Assembly: GCA_043732185.1 (NCBI GenBank)
Contig: JAYTHY010000046.1
Coordinates: 124,876-188,875 of the forward strand
Direction of reading: 5' to 3'
DNA length: 64,000 nucleotides
DNA from: Fibrobacteria bacterium
GTDB lineage: Bacteria; Fibrobacterota; Fibrobacteria; UBA11236
Part shown: piece by piece, positions 51,801 through 60,349 of the stretch
Numbering within the stretch: the stretch's first letter is position 1
Layout of the letters: each line of letters begins with the position of its first letter
Translations under genes and position numbers: made by a program
Notes under the pieces: generated by a model
What the model was told of the DNA's origin: nothing
Databases searched by the model: none
Seen by the model: only the letters and a program-made list of their open reading frames with translations

Positions 51801-54800
51801 ATTTCGGCCAATTGGTATTTGTAGGTATTGTCGATTGTCTTTTCCCGATTTAGCCGCACTAACGCGTCCATGAGAAGAGTGGTATCCTTCTGCTGGTCGG
51901 CCAGCCGGTGCATGGCTTTAAGCGAAGTCAAATCTCCTGGGTTACGGGAAACCCAAGATGTATAGAGATCCAAGGCTGCTCGATAGTTTTTGGCTTTTTC
52001 TTTTTCAGCGGCCAAGGTCACTTGGTAGACTTTGAAAGCCGGATCCACACCTACGATTTTTTCAACCGTCGCTAAGTAACCTGCTTGATTCGCGTCGGAT
52101 TTGTAAATGCCGGCAATGGATTCGAGTACCGCTAAATTATTTGGATCCTGCAACAATCGTTGCTCGTAAAGTCCACGTGCTTTTGAACTTTGACCCGAAC
52201 GCATGTATGCGTCAGCAATCATGGGTTCTGTGCTTGCCAATGCGGGCTCGCCTTTCAATACCCAATCCCATTCTTTGGCTGAGTTTGCGTAATCGCCCGT
52301 TAGGTAATACGCTTTTGCCAACTTCTTGCGTTCTTCAACGCTGGGTCCATTTTGTGAAAGCAATAGGAAAAGCGGCAAGTTGAGCTTGATTTCATCTTTG
52401 GAATCCATATATTGCGCAAAAGTTCGCGCGAAGGTGATATTTTTTGAATCGAGTTGATACGCACGGTGAAATTTTTCAACGGCGTCCTTTTCCTTGCGTA
52501 GTTTTACCTGAGCCTCGCCCAGTCGGTACCAAAGCATTGCATTGGCTGGGTTGCTTTTGCTGGCACTGAGGAGGGATTTCTCCGCATCCTCAAAATTTCC
52601 TTTAGCCATAAACAAATTGCCAAGTTCCAGATCATATTTTGCTCGATTGGCCGGTTCAAGTTGCCCTAGCTGTTGCAATACCTGTATATATGTGTCTTCT
52701 TGGCCATCTCGTTTGGCAACCAGTGGAGCCAAGAAACGCCATCCTTCGACATTCTTTGGATTTTTACTCAACCAATCCTTAGCATGTCCAATCGCAGCAT
52801 TAGTATCCAAAGCAGCAATGTCTAACTCAGCCAATCGCATGGACCATTTGGATCCACCATCCGGATCCATAGCTGCCAGCCCCTGAATGGCTCGCCGAAT
52901 CTTGTCAGGAGATTTCTTTGTATTTACAAAGGAGTTAACCAAAATTTCATGAATACCCTTATCCCTATCGTCAGTGAGCAAATATTTCTCGGCTAAAGCA
53001 CCAGAAAGTTCAAAATTTTTGGCGATGTACAAAGCTTCGACGGCTTCACGTTGACCCTCTACCAATTTAGGATTTTTAGCGTAGGCTTCTGAATACAGGC
53101 GAGCCGCCATTAAATTGTTTTTCCGTTTGGCATAGCCACGGGCAATCATGGCTTGCAACTCAGGTTTGGCAGCAGGCAATAGCGCAGACTTTTCCAGAGC
53201 CGCAAAATGCCCATCCACCTGTTCATCACTGGTAACTAAGAATGGCAGCAGCGCCAGATATTCAGCGTTGGCGGGCTGATTGCGCAAGGCTTTCTCGAGG
53301 TATACGTAAGCTTTTTCCTTATCCCCGGATTCCAAAAGCAACTTAGCCAATTGGAATTGGGCTTGATGCGATGTGGGATCCGATTCCTCAATTTTCATAA
53401 GTAGTGACTGGAGTTGGGCCTTATCTCCTTTTGCAGAATACAACGTGAACAACTTTGCCTGCATGGCCTTATCTTTTGGATTGGCTTCCAAGATTTGGGA
53501 ATACACTTCCGCCGCCTGATCCAATTTCTTTAACTCTTCATACGCACCGGCCAATCGCAAAGACAAATTTTTGTCCTTATTGTCGGAGATATGCGCTTGT
53601 TCCAGGTAAGGAATGGCATTGCTGGATTGTTTATTCGCATACAACAAATCAGCGGTCTTTAGGTTCAAATTTTTATCCGTGGGCGTTTCCTTGGCAAGCT
53701 GTTGGTATAACTTAAGGGCCTCCAATGTGTTGCCTTTAGTTTCATATGCCTGGGCAAGGGCTAGAGTCTGTTTGGAATCTTCTGGGGTAATTTTCAAGTA
53801 GCGTACGCGATACTCAATGGACTTGGGACTCGATTTGTCATAAAGACCAATGAGTTCCAGCAGTAAGGGCGCATCCTTAGGGTTCTTGGCCAACTGCATT
53901 TCCAGTTTTGGAATCAATTTATCCTTCTGTAAGGGTTGACGGTAAAATTCCACTAAAAAGCTGAGCGCGTCTTCAGCATCCGGATATTTGAGAAGATATG
54001 CTTCATATTCAAGCGCAGCCTTGGCACGCTGTTTCGTCTGCAACAAAGTCTTGATGTACTTGTTCCAATCCACGCGATTGGCAGTCACGTTCGGCATTTT
54101 CTGGAAATACTTTAACGAACCGGAATAATCCTGAACTTCGAACAAGGCCAAAGCCATCATTCGATTCGCGGTAGGTGAAAGCACTTTTAGTTTACCGAAA
54201 TTCGCTACCGCAGGCCTAAAATCCCACTGCATAAAATTAATAACAGCTTCGGCTTCAATTAATCGCGGGTCTGGAACCTTTGATTTTGCTCGCCTTTCCG
54301 TTATATCGACTAGCATCGCAGCCGTATCCATTTTGGAGGGCTGTTGAGTGATAAGGGCGGTTAGTCGATCTTGGAATTGTTTTTCCTCTTCTGCCTTTGC
54401 CTTGCGTTCCGCTTCTAACTGAGCCAACCTTTCGGCTTCCGCTTTCGCTTTACGGTCGGCTTCTTCGCGCGCTAGTTTAGCCGCTTCTTCCCTGGAAATA
54501 CGTTCCGCCTCTGCCTTGGCTTTACGTTCCGTTTCAACTCGGGCCAAACTGTCCAATCGCTCCTTGGCCTTTCGATCCGCCTCTATTTTCGCCAGACGAA
54601 GCGCTTCTTCTTTTGCCTTCCGAGCCAATTCGGCTGCAGCTTTTCGCTCTTCCTCTACGCGAACTAAGCTGTCAGCACGCGCCTTGGCACGGCGGTCGGC
54701 TTCTTCACGGGCTAATCGGGCAGCTACTTCCTTTGCTTTTCTTTCTGCTTCCAATTTTGCTTTGTGTTCATTTTCCGCTATAAGTTTGGCTTGAGCTATG

Positions 54801-57577
54801 CTGTCCGCACGAATTTTGGCCTGACGCGCAGCCTCTTCTTTTGCCAAACGCATTGCTTCCGCTTTGGCTTTTGCATTGGCTTCGTCTAATGCTTTCTTCT
54901 CCGCTTGCGCCTGCGCTAGGCTATCGGCATGCGCTTTGGCTTTGCGAGCCGCTTCCTCTTTCGCCAGACGCATCGCTTCCGCTTTGGCTTTCGCATTGGC
55001 TTCGTCTAATGCTTTCTTCTCCGCTTGCGCCTGCGCTAGGCTATCGGCATGCGCTTTGGCTTTGCGAGCCGCTTCTTCCTTCGCCAAACGCATCGCTTCC
55101 GCTTTGGCTTTTGCATTGGCTTCATCTAATGCTTTCTTCTCCGCTTGCGCTTGCGCTAAGCTGTCGGCATGGGCCTTGGCTTTCCGAGCGGCGTCTTCCT
55201 TCGCCAAACGCATCGCTTCCGCTTTGGTTTTCGCATTGGCTTCGTCTAATGCCTTCTTCTCCGCTTGCGCTTGGGCTAGGCTATCAGCATGGGCTTTTGC
55301 TTTGCGAGCCGCTTCTTCCTTCGCCAAACGCATCGCTTCCGCTTTGGCTTTTACATTGGCTTCGTCTAATGCCTTCTTTTCCGCTTGCGCTTGGGCTAGG
55401 CTATCGGCATGGGCCTTGGCTTTGCGAGTCGCCTCTTCCTTCGCCAAACGCATCGCTTCCGCTTTGGCTTTCGCATTGGCTTCTTCTAATGCTTTCTTCT
55501 CTGCTTGCGCCTGCGCTAAACTGTCAGCATGGGCCTTGGCTTTGCGAGCAGCTTCCTCTTTCGCCAAACGCATCGCTTCCGCTTTGGCCTGTTGATTGGC
55601 AGCCTCTATAGCTTGCTTGCTCGCCTGCGCTTGCACCAAACTGTCTTGGCGCTCTTTAGCCTTGCGTGCCGCTTCCTCTTTCGCAATTCGGAAAGCTTCC
55701 GCTTTGGCTTTCGCATTGGCTTCATCCAATGCTTTCTTCTCCGCTTGCGCTTGCGCTAGGCTATCGGCATGCGCTTTGGCTTTACGAGCCGCTTCTTCTT
55801 TTGCCAAACGCATCGCTTCCGCTTTGGCTTTCGCATTGGCTTCATCTAATGCTTTCTTCTCCGCTTGCGCCTGCGCTAAGCTGTCGGCATGGGCTTTTGC
55901 TTTGCGAGCGGCTTCTTCCTTCGCCAAACGCATCGCTTCCGCTTTGGCCTGTTGATTGGCAGCCTCAATGGCTTGCTTGCTCGCCTGCGCTTGCACCAAA
56001 CTGTCTTGGCGCTCTTTAGCCTTGCGTGCCGCTTCCTCTTTTGCAATTCGGAAAGCTTCCGCTTTAGCTTTCGCATTGGCTTCATCTAATGCTTTCTTCT
56101 CCGCTTGCGCCTGCGCTAGGCTATCGGCATGCGCTTTGGCTTTACGAGTCGCTTCTTCCTTCGCCAAACGCATCGCTTCCGCTTTAGCCTGTTGATTGGC
56201 AGCCTCAATGGCTTGCTTGCTCGCCTGCGCCTGAACCAAACTGTCTTGGTGTTCTTTGGCTTTACGGGCCGCTTCTTCTTTCGTCAAACGCATCGCTTCC
56301 GCTTTGGCTTTCGCATTGGCTTCATCTAATGCCTTCTTCTCCGCATGCGCCTGGGCTAAGCTGTCGGCATGGGCCTTGGCTTGCAGCTTGGCGTTTTCTT
56401 GAGCCAGTCGGTTCTCTTCAGCCTTGGCGGCTTTCTCAGCTTCCATTTTGGATTTGGCATCTGCAGCTGCTGCGGCAGCCAAGTCTGCATTCTTTTTATC
56501 GAGCGCAGCCTTTAAATTTGCTGCAGCTTTCTGGTCCGCCTCCGCACGGACTTTCTTATCTGCTGCCACCCTCCGCTCTTCTGCGGCCTGTGCCTCAGCA
56601 TTCGATTTAGCCTGTGCAGCCGCCTCAGCATCGGCTTTGGCTTTGGCTTGAGCCAAATCTGGGCTAGGAATTACGGGCGCGGCAACTACCGGAGTACTCG
56701 CCACAGGCGTGGAGGTGACGGGAGCCTCTGGAACAGGTACTGTTTTAACAGGAGCAGAACCCAAGGCGGCCATAGCACTTTCCAAACGGCCGCGTTCCTC
56801 CGCTTGTTCCGTATAAAGAATGGCTTTTTTATAGGATTCCTTGGCAGCGTTTTTATCAAAGTGGGCTTGTGATGCGGCGAGTCCGGCCCAGTATTCCGAC
56901 GATTCTGGACTGCCCTTAATTAATTCTGCAAAAGCTTCGGCAGCCTTGGGGAAATTACCGGTTTTGTTATACGCACGGGCCAGTTTGGCGGTGTACGAAG
57001 CATCAAAATTGGGCAGTTTGCGCAAATCTTCCAGCAGGGCAATGTAGTCGTCAACATGTTTTTCACGTCCATCCGCCTCGATTAGGGTCAAGTACTTGAT
57101 TCCCGTAACCATATCGCTTTTGTTCAAACTGAAAAGTTTTTTCTGAACGGGTAATTCCTCTTCCTTTTTGTTGGCGCCTTCCAAGGCGTTCGCATATCCA
57201 ACAAGAATGGAATAATCATTGGGCTTGAGTTCACTGGCATGGCGGTAGGGTTCCACGGCTTTGGCGAATTCGCCGGACTCTACATACGCGCTTCCTAGCA
57301 GGGACAATGCCTCCGGATAATCCTTATTCAGCTTTAACGCTTCCTGCAGGGAACCGATGGCCTCATCGACGGCGCCATCTTGATACAATTCACTCGCTCT
57401 CTGGTACCATTCCACTGCTGATGTTGGAGCTTGAGCTTGACCGGAAATCGGGAAAATTAGGCCGATGCCGATTGCCAAGGCTGCCTTGAAACTTAAACCG
57501 GGTTTACGAACGACCTGAAGACGGTTTAATGAGTACGAATCGTTAATCATGATATCTCCAACAATTTGATTCAGCAT
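45839..57577 (-). CDS. Giant exported TPR-repeat protein (3912 aa) with a TolA-like Ala/Lys/Glu repeat stalk
   Basis: Uninterrupted 11.7-kb ORF; signal-like AALAIGIGLIFPISGQAQA; dozens of TPR-like units; 40-aa repeat array. Start may be 57550. Confidence 0.9.
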   Translation of the reverse strand: MLNQIVGDIMINDSYSLNRLQVVRKPGLSFKAALAIGIGLIFPISGQAQAPTSAVEWYQRASELYQDGAVDEAIGSLQEALKLNKDYPEALSLLGSAYVESGEFAKAVEPYRHASELKPNDYSILVGYANALEGANKKEEELPVQKKLFSLNKSDMVTGIKYLTLIEADGREKHVDDYIALLEDLRKLPNFDASYTAKLARAYNKTGNFPKAAEAFAELIKGSPESSEYWAGLAASQAHFDKNAAKESYKKAILYTEQAEERGRLESAMAALGSAPVKTVPVPEAPVTSTPVASTPVVAAPVIPSPDLAQAKAKADAEAAAQAKSNAEAQAAEERRVAADKKVRAEADQKAAANLKAALDKKNADLAAAAAADAKSKMEAEKAAKAEENRLAQENAKLQAKAHADSLAQAHAEKKALDEANAKAKAEAMRLTKEEAARKAKEHQDSLVQAQASKQAIEAANQQAKAEAMRLAKEEATRKAKAHADSLAQAQAEKKALDEANAKAKAEAFRIAKEEAARKAKERQDSLVQAQASKQAIEAANQQAKAEAMRLAKEEAARKAKAHADSLAQAQAEKKALDEANAKAKAEAMRLAKEEAARKAKAHADSLAQAQAEKKALDEANAKAKAEAFRIAKEEAARKAKERQDSLVQAQASKQAIEAANQQAKAEAMRLAKEEAARKAKAHADSLAQAQAEKKALEEANAKAKAEAMRLAKEEATRKAKAHADSLAQAQAEKKALDEANVKAKAEAMRLAKEEAARKAKAHADSLAQAQAEKKALDEANAKTKAEAMRLAKEDAARKAKAHADSLAQAQAEKKALDEANAKAKAEAMRLAKEEAARKAKAHADSLAQAQAEKKALDEANAKAKAEAMRLAKEEAARKAKAHADSLAQAQAEKKALDEANAKAKAEAMRLAKEEAARQAKIRADSIAQAKLIAENEHKAKLEAERKAKEVAARLAREEADRRAKARADSLVRVEEERKAAAELARKAKEEALRLAKIEADRKAKERLDSLARVETERKAKAEAERISREEAAKLAREEADRKAKAEAERLAQLEAERKAKAEEEKQFQDRLTALITQQPSKMDTAAMLVDITERRAKSKVPDPRLIEAEAVINFMQWDFRPAVANFGKLKVLSPTANRMMALALFEVQDYSGSLKYFQKMPNVTANRVDWNKYIKTLLQTKQRAKAALEYEAYLLKYPDAEDALSFLVEFYRQPLQKDKLIPKLEMQLAKNPKDAPLLLELIGLYDKSSPKSIEYRVRYLKITPEDSKQTLALAQAYETKGNTLEALKLYQQLAKETPTDKNLNLKTADLLYANKQSSNAIPYLEQAHISDNKDKNLSLRLAGAYEELKKLDQAAEVYSQILEANPKDKAMQAKLFTLYSAKGDKAQLQSLLMKIEESDPTSHQAQFQLAKLLLESGDKEKAYVYLEKALRNQPANAEYLALLPFLVTSDEQVDGHFAALEKSALLPAAKPELQAMIARGYAKRKNNLMAARLYSEAYAKNPKLVEGQREAVEALYIAKNFELSGALAEKYLLTDDRDKGIHEILVNSFVNTKKSPDKIRRAIQGLAAMDPDGGSKWSMRLAELDIAALDTNAAIGHAKDWLSKNPKNVEGWRFLAPLVAKRDGQEDTYIQVLQQLGQLEPANRAKYDLELGNLFMAKGNFEDAEKSLLSASKSNPANAMLWYRLGEAQVKLRKEKDAVEKFHRAYQLDSKNITFARTFAQYMDSKDEIKLNLPLFLLLSQNGPSVEERKKLAKAYYLTGDYANSAKEWDWVLKGEPALASTEPMIADAYMRSGQSSKARGLYEQRLLQDPNNLAVLESIAGIYKSDANQAGYLATVEKIVGVDPAFKVYQVTLAAEKEKAKNYRAALDLYTSWVSRNPGDLTSLKAMHRLADQQKDTTLLMDALVRLNREKTIDNTYKYQLAEIDFRRSGNIIGVEKLVTLHPDYKQGKAILVREYIRTNAKTKLIPLSGFLVVESKTDKTLLEPLADLYAMQKKTMLANTAYHDLLIANPKSKEVYTKVYTYSAANGSPYLSDILRIGYESFPQEMDIKRAYAATLGKTPKALEIYQEVLVKEPDVKVIARALDIAMTLKQVPVAALLLDKWINLEPKEPKVWEQALAVHTQMSNKQRMADDLEQLVRFYPQRKDLTLQLANLYEEQKQLDKATGMYQKTLALDGKNQVVQGKVVTLLTSQNRIPELRQVLLTIDKNDPAAHDAQFRLASMFLEEKDREQAYTYITKALRNQPQNPEYKAMLPRTIVTDQQVMDNFIALEKLAAVPGARPELQMLVGRGYAKKKNSLMAARYFTEVYAKSPKLLEGNRDAVVSLYDAKSFELSGSLAEKYLAADPLNSKDKTISEILVNSFSATKKPADKMREAIRNHIAIDPESATKWNMRLAELDLAVRDTAGAIVHVCQWLEKNPKDANSWHFLMPLVTKRPGQEDVYIQVLEKLVLLEPAMRGRYDFELGSLYFDKGNYEDAEVSFTNAAKGSASNAKIWYRLGETELKLRKDKESVDKFHHAYQLEPGNITYARAYSRNVSSKDEIKQNLPLLKFLNQSGPSVEERKKLAQAYFLNLDYSNSAKEWDWLLKTDSTLGATEPMVSDAYMLSGQKSKARGLYERRLLTEPNNLALLESVANLYKLEANQKGYVSTLQRIVLVDPKYKGYQLLLASELEKAKDLKGALQQYADWIGRNGDDESALKAMHRLADQQKDTATLMDALVRLNRNKKVDLIYAFQLAEVDYVRSGNIAGIEKLVAIHPDFRRGKVILIKSYYQKGAVAKMAPFVGFLAQEAKLDPGLAEPLGDVYAFQNKSGLANESYFEAARMAKKDRKLFVKVYKYAKEHDSPYRAGLLKQGYEAFSDDVELKGDYALTLGKTPKALDLFNEILVKDHNNLPALRNGSEIAVSMNNTEMATGLLQRWVALEPEQVRPWTLLVDLYTVTKNNTKLAEALGHVSELNPKNGEIAYKAALAYTKIGNKEKSLDLLTKAVTLSSANPIYQKEFGLALVAAGQAAKAKNPLLIADRTFKNDEAINMALYNIYLTEKNQGLARERLRTLVSLKPSDKALSFSLARLESELKSPADAVRILERPIFKDVLDAEMSFLLLDGYFKLGQKDRAAALGPQLIRKYPEEAKQSLPLAVLFYETKNKSKAKEILESYTRNHPVEEAFYYLGKIYFEEKNWQGTINNLTRADEKRVDVLSMLGQAYIANKEPEQAIKVYEGYYAKTKDIKILVELYNLYKKTNDEKGTLAMLERLMATEPQNFEYRVELAEIYRAHGDIKKAEVQYDMILKKMPSLPSANMNLGMILAGRKEYSRAIKLLEIGLAKFPDSSTGWRYLGDAYRNDKRYASSLQAYKRAFKLQDQSLPIAISKMQMTKEVNATSELMGAYADVVRLDSGNVEATSALADIYFAERKYVEATTLYTRVTANKNVDKAIWANFGYALLETKQISGAKKAFQRAVDLGENSPRVMTSLARIYKEEGNVDKAESILSAMVKKDPRNHMAYFWLGQIAAERNQPGVAEGYFHKAQLLAPANGDYAEALARMNYNKDEFAEASRLLEPVKENLSSAGRLMYGDCLMKQGRNADALVEFNALFSKSPSAPVLAKLAELQINKGNYREAIHTIESSDFSQDSLVLFSLAKARLASHEVPKAREVLERLIRDSKYNPNYYHYRGLTYFEEKDYTKAKKDFDQAIKYNPDLMDAVYHIGLCLLNENSNTDAKNYFKELSQHANPANQAKGFLGLAMAFYSEKKFEAAENFLQKSVSADESADAECLWARVLLKLRKPNEAEKHAAKALELQPGNSKAVVAMGDVLLAQNKKSDALVLAKRALEGNPNSCELLIGSAKINFAAGNYETSKSNSTYAISICPDDASPYYFAGVVADKKYQKKEAKDFFKAFRKHGGDEAMLPPDYR
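54815..56375. repeat. Coding tandem repeat, 13 x 120 bp (40 aa), plus about 3 degenerate units extending to about 54450
   Basis: The DSL codons recur every 120 nt from 54921 to 56361; unit AHADSLAQAQAEKKALDEANAKAKAEAMRLAKEEAARKAK or E(R/H)QDSLVQAQASKQAIEAANQQAKAEAMRLAKEEAARKAK. Confidence 0.95.
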
Positions 57578-57694
57578 GGCTTGGCGAAAATCGGGATCGT
57601 CAAGCAGAAAAAACAGTGAAAGGACTTTAGGAAAGCCCGTGAAAGATAATTAATTTGGCTTATTTGGTTAAATCTGAATCGGGAGGAAGTGGGT

Positions 57695-58672
57695 TTAGCA
57701 GATTTCCCATGGGAAGTTCAGAACAGAGTCGATCCCGGTACTCGTTTGGGCCAGCAATAAAATCCGGTCGAAGCCCATGGCTATACCCGCACAAGGCGGA
57801 AGTCCCCGCTTCAGCTCCCGGAGCAATAGCCGATCTTTGGGCAATTGGGGCTTTCCTGCCCGCTGTCTTTTGGTGTTCTCCTGATCGAAACGCACCTCAT
57901 ATTCCTTGGGCTCCACCAATTCCAGATAGGCGTTTCCCAGCTCCATCCCACCCCCATAAACCTCGAACCGATTCGCCAGCCGAGAATCCTCTGGTAAAAG
58001 CTGCGCCTGGGCCGCCATTTCAGCGGGAAAAGAATGAATTAGGGTCAGTTGAGCTGGGGAAAAGCTAGGTTCTACCAAGTGGGCCATCAAATAGTCTAAA
58101 GCTTCTGCTTTGGTCTGAAAGGAATGTCCCTCCGGCAGCTTGTCCTTTAGCAAAGGTCGTGATCCTAGTCCGTCCAAGTCAAAATCTAGGGGGTCTAATT
58201 CGAGGACTTCTTGAAAGGCTTGCTGATAAGTCTGCCTCACGACCGGTCTTGGACCGGCCAAAAGGTGGCAAAGCGCTTCGACTTCGTCCATAAGTTGACC
58301 AAGGCTAAATCCCTTCCGGTACCATTCCAGCATAGTAAACTCGGGATTGTGATGAACACCCTGCTCTCCATTGCGAAAAGCCTTGGTCACCTGGTAAATA
58401 TCCGGAAAATCCTGGCACAAAAGCCGTTTCATATGCGGTTCAGGGGAAGACTGAAGGAAATACTGGCGTGGAGAACTTCCGGATCGAGGAAACCCGAGCG
58501 GATAGAACTCTGTAGAAAAAACATCGATATGACAATCGAGGGAAATCCCCCCCGATAGAATCGGCGTTTCCACTTCCAAAACATTTCTCTGAAAAAAAAA
58601 CTCCCTCAGTTTCCGAAGGGATTCGGCACGAAAGCGGGCAGCAGCTAGGCTGGGCCTAGGCCCCAAGTTCAT
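57695..58672 (-). CDS. epmA: EF-P lysine-34 aminoacylase
   Basis: LEVETP, LQSSPEPHMKRLL, FRNGEQG.HHNPEFTMLEWY, RFE...ELGNAY.EL, GLPPCAGIAMGFDR; adjacent to efp. Confidence 0.95.
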   Translation of the reverse strand: MNLGPRPSLAAARFRAESLRKLREFFFQRNVLEVETPILSGGISLDCHIDVFSTEFYPLGFPRSGSSPRQYFLQSSPEPHMKRLLCQDFPDIYQVTKAFRNGEQGVHHNPEFTMLEWYRKGFSLGQLMDEVEALCHLLAGPRPVVRQTYQQAFQEVLELDPLDFDLDGLGSRPLLKDKLPEGHSFQTKAEALDYLMAHLVEPSFSPAQLTLIHSFPAEMAAQAQLLPEDSRLANRFEVYGGGMELGNAYLELVEPKEYEVRFDQENTKRQRAGKPQLPKDRLLLRELKRGLPPCAGIAMGFDRILLLAQTSTGIDSVLNFPWEIC

Positions 58673-59235
58673 TTTGAACGTTCAACATATTCCCCGGTGC
58701 GGGTATCGATCTTAACCTTTTCACCCTGACCGATGAATAGAGGAATATTTATTTCGGCCCCAGTTTCCACCTTGGCTTTTTTGGTGACACTATTGGCGGT
58801 ATCCCCTTTTACTGCCGGTTCCGTATAGGTTACAGTAAGGACCATGAAAATTGGCGGAGTAACTGAAATGGCCCGGTCGCCCCAAAAGCTGATTTCACAT
58901 TCCGTATTTTCCAGCAGCCATTGTTCCGCCCCATCCATGGCTTCTTTGGAAATTTCCACCTGCTCAAAAGATTTGGTATCCATAAAGGTGTAATTGAGGC
59001 CATCGGTATACAGGAATTGCATATTGGTCATGGTGATGTCCGCTTCCTCAAACGAGTCGCCGGACTTGAATGTCTTTTCTAGCTGTCGACCCGTAATCAA
59101 ATTCTTTAAACGAACTCGATTAAAGGCTTGTCCTTTGCCTGGTTTCACGAATTCATTTTCGACGATCATGCAGGGTTGGTTATCCAACATTATTTTCAGG
59201 CGTTTTCTGAATTCGTTTGTACTTACCGTGCCCAT
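58669..59235 (-). CDS. efp: Elongation factor P
   Basis: VKPGKGQAF, TFKSG, EPAVKGDT, PLFI..GE...IDTRTGEYVER. Confidence 0.98.
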   Translation of the reverse strand: MGTVSTNEFRKRLKIMLDNQPCMIVENEFVKPGKGQAFNRVRLKNLITGRQLEKTFKSGDSFEEADITMTNMQFLYTDGLNYTFMDTKSFEQVEISKEAMDGAEQWLLENTECEISFWGDRAISVTPPIFMVLTVTYTEPAVKGDTANSVTKKAKVETGAEINIPLFIGQGEKVKIDTRTGEYVERSK

Positions 59236-59301
59236 TTGCAATGGCCTCCGCTGGGATTCTGACTATATTCAATTAAATTGGGCCATAATAGTAGAAACAT
59301 C

Positions 59302-60327
59302 ATGTCTTATCTTCCAAAAGTACCCGATAGAGCGGGCTGGATGCCAAAGGATTGGCAAAAGGACATGCAAAAGGCTTTCCGACGCTTGGAACCACTGCTT
59401 GATTACCTTCAACTGGACCCTAAGGACGCCCCCTTCGCCCTGGCCTTGGATTCCGCATTTCCAATTTTGGTAAGCGAAAACTTTGCAAGTGCTATGCGCA
59501 AGGGAGATTGGCTTGACCCGCTCCTACTCCAAATCTTACCTCTGGCTTCTGAAGAAAATTCCACAGCGGGTTTTAATCCTGATGCCGTCGGCGATCTTCC
59601 CGCCCAAATAATTCCCGGTCTTCTTCACAAATACGCGTCGCGCGCCCTGTTGATGGTTTCCCCGCATTGTGCCATCCATTGCCGGTATTGTTTTCGCCGG
59701 GAATTCCCCTATGCGGATTTGCCGCATAGCCAACAAGCGTGGGAACCGGCATGGGAATATCTTCGCGATGCCAAATCAATAAATGAAATTGTATTTAGCG
59801 GTGGTGATCCGCTTTTTCTCGACAATCGCCAAGTGCAATCACTCTTGGACTCGGCCATAGCCATACCCAATATTCACACCTTACGCTTTCATACTCGATT
59901 GCCGATTGTACTGCCGTCACGCATGGATGTAAGGTTGTTGGAGCTATTTAAAGCTGCCGCTTCCGTAAAATCACTCGTCATTGTTATTCATGCCAATCAC
60001 GCCAACGAAATCACCGCACCTGTGGCCCGCGCCTTAGTGGAACTTCGCAGCAATGGGGCCTTGCTCTTAAATCAAACAGTGCTCCTGAAAGGCATCAACG
60101 ACAATGCCGAGGCCCTGATTGCACTTTCCCATCGGCTCATTCAACAGGGTGTGCTTCCCTACTATCTCCATCAATTGGACCGCGTAACGGGCACGGCGCA
60201 TTTTGAAGTTGAGGAAAAGCGTGGATTGGAAATAATCGAAGAGATGCGCGCAAAGCTTCCCGGTTACCTTATCCCTAAATATGTCCGGGAAGAAGCAGGT
60301 CAAGCTTTTAAAAGCCCACTGAATTGA
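59302..60327 (+). CDS. epmB: Lysine 2,3-aminomutase for EF-P modification (KamA family radical SAM)
   Basis: PGLLHKY, CAIHCRYCFRR, SGGDPL, HTRLP, HANH, NQTVLLKGIND, PYYLHQLD. Confidence 0.95.
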   Translation: MSYLPKVPDRAGWMPKDWQKDMQKAFRRLEPLLDYLQLDPKDAPFALALDSAFPILVSENFASAMRKGDWLDPLLLQILPLASEENSTAGFNPDAVGDLPAQIIPGLLHKYASRALLMVSPHCAIHCRYCFRREFPYADLPHSQQAWEPAWEYLRDAKSINEIVFSGGDPLFLDNRQVQSLLDSAIAIPNIHTLRFHTRLPIVLPSRMDVRLLELFKAAASVKSLVIVIHANHANEITAPVARALVELRSNGALLLNQTVLLKGINDNAEALIALSHRLIQQGVLPYYLHQLDRVTGTAHFEVEEKRGLEIIEEMRAKLPGYLIPKYVREEAGQAFKSPLN

Positions 60328-60349
60328 ATTGAGGCCTCCATTCGATTCT

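Noticed and set aside
54815..56375. Regular repeats as a possible CRISPR array
   Set aside because: Units are contiguous, in-frame and have no unique spacers; no cas genes.
54516..56651. Several long plus-strand ORFs over the 120-bp array
   Set aside because: Antisense shadows of Ala/Lys/Glu codon repeats inside the 3912-aa gene.
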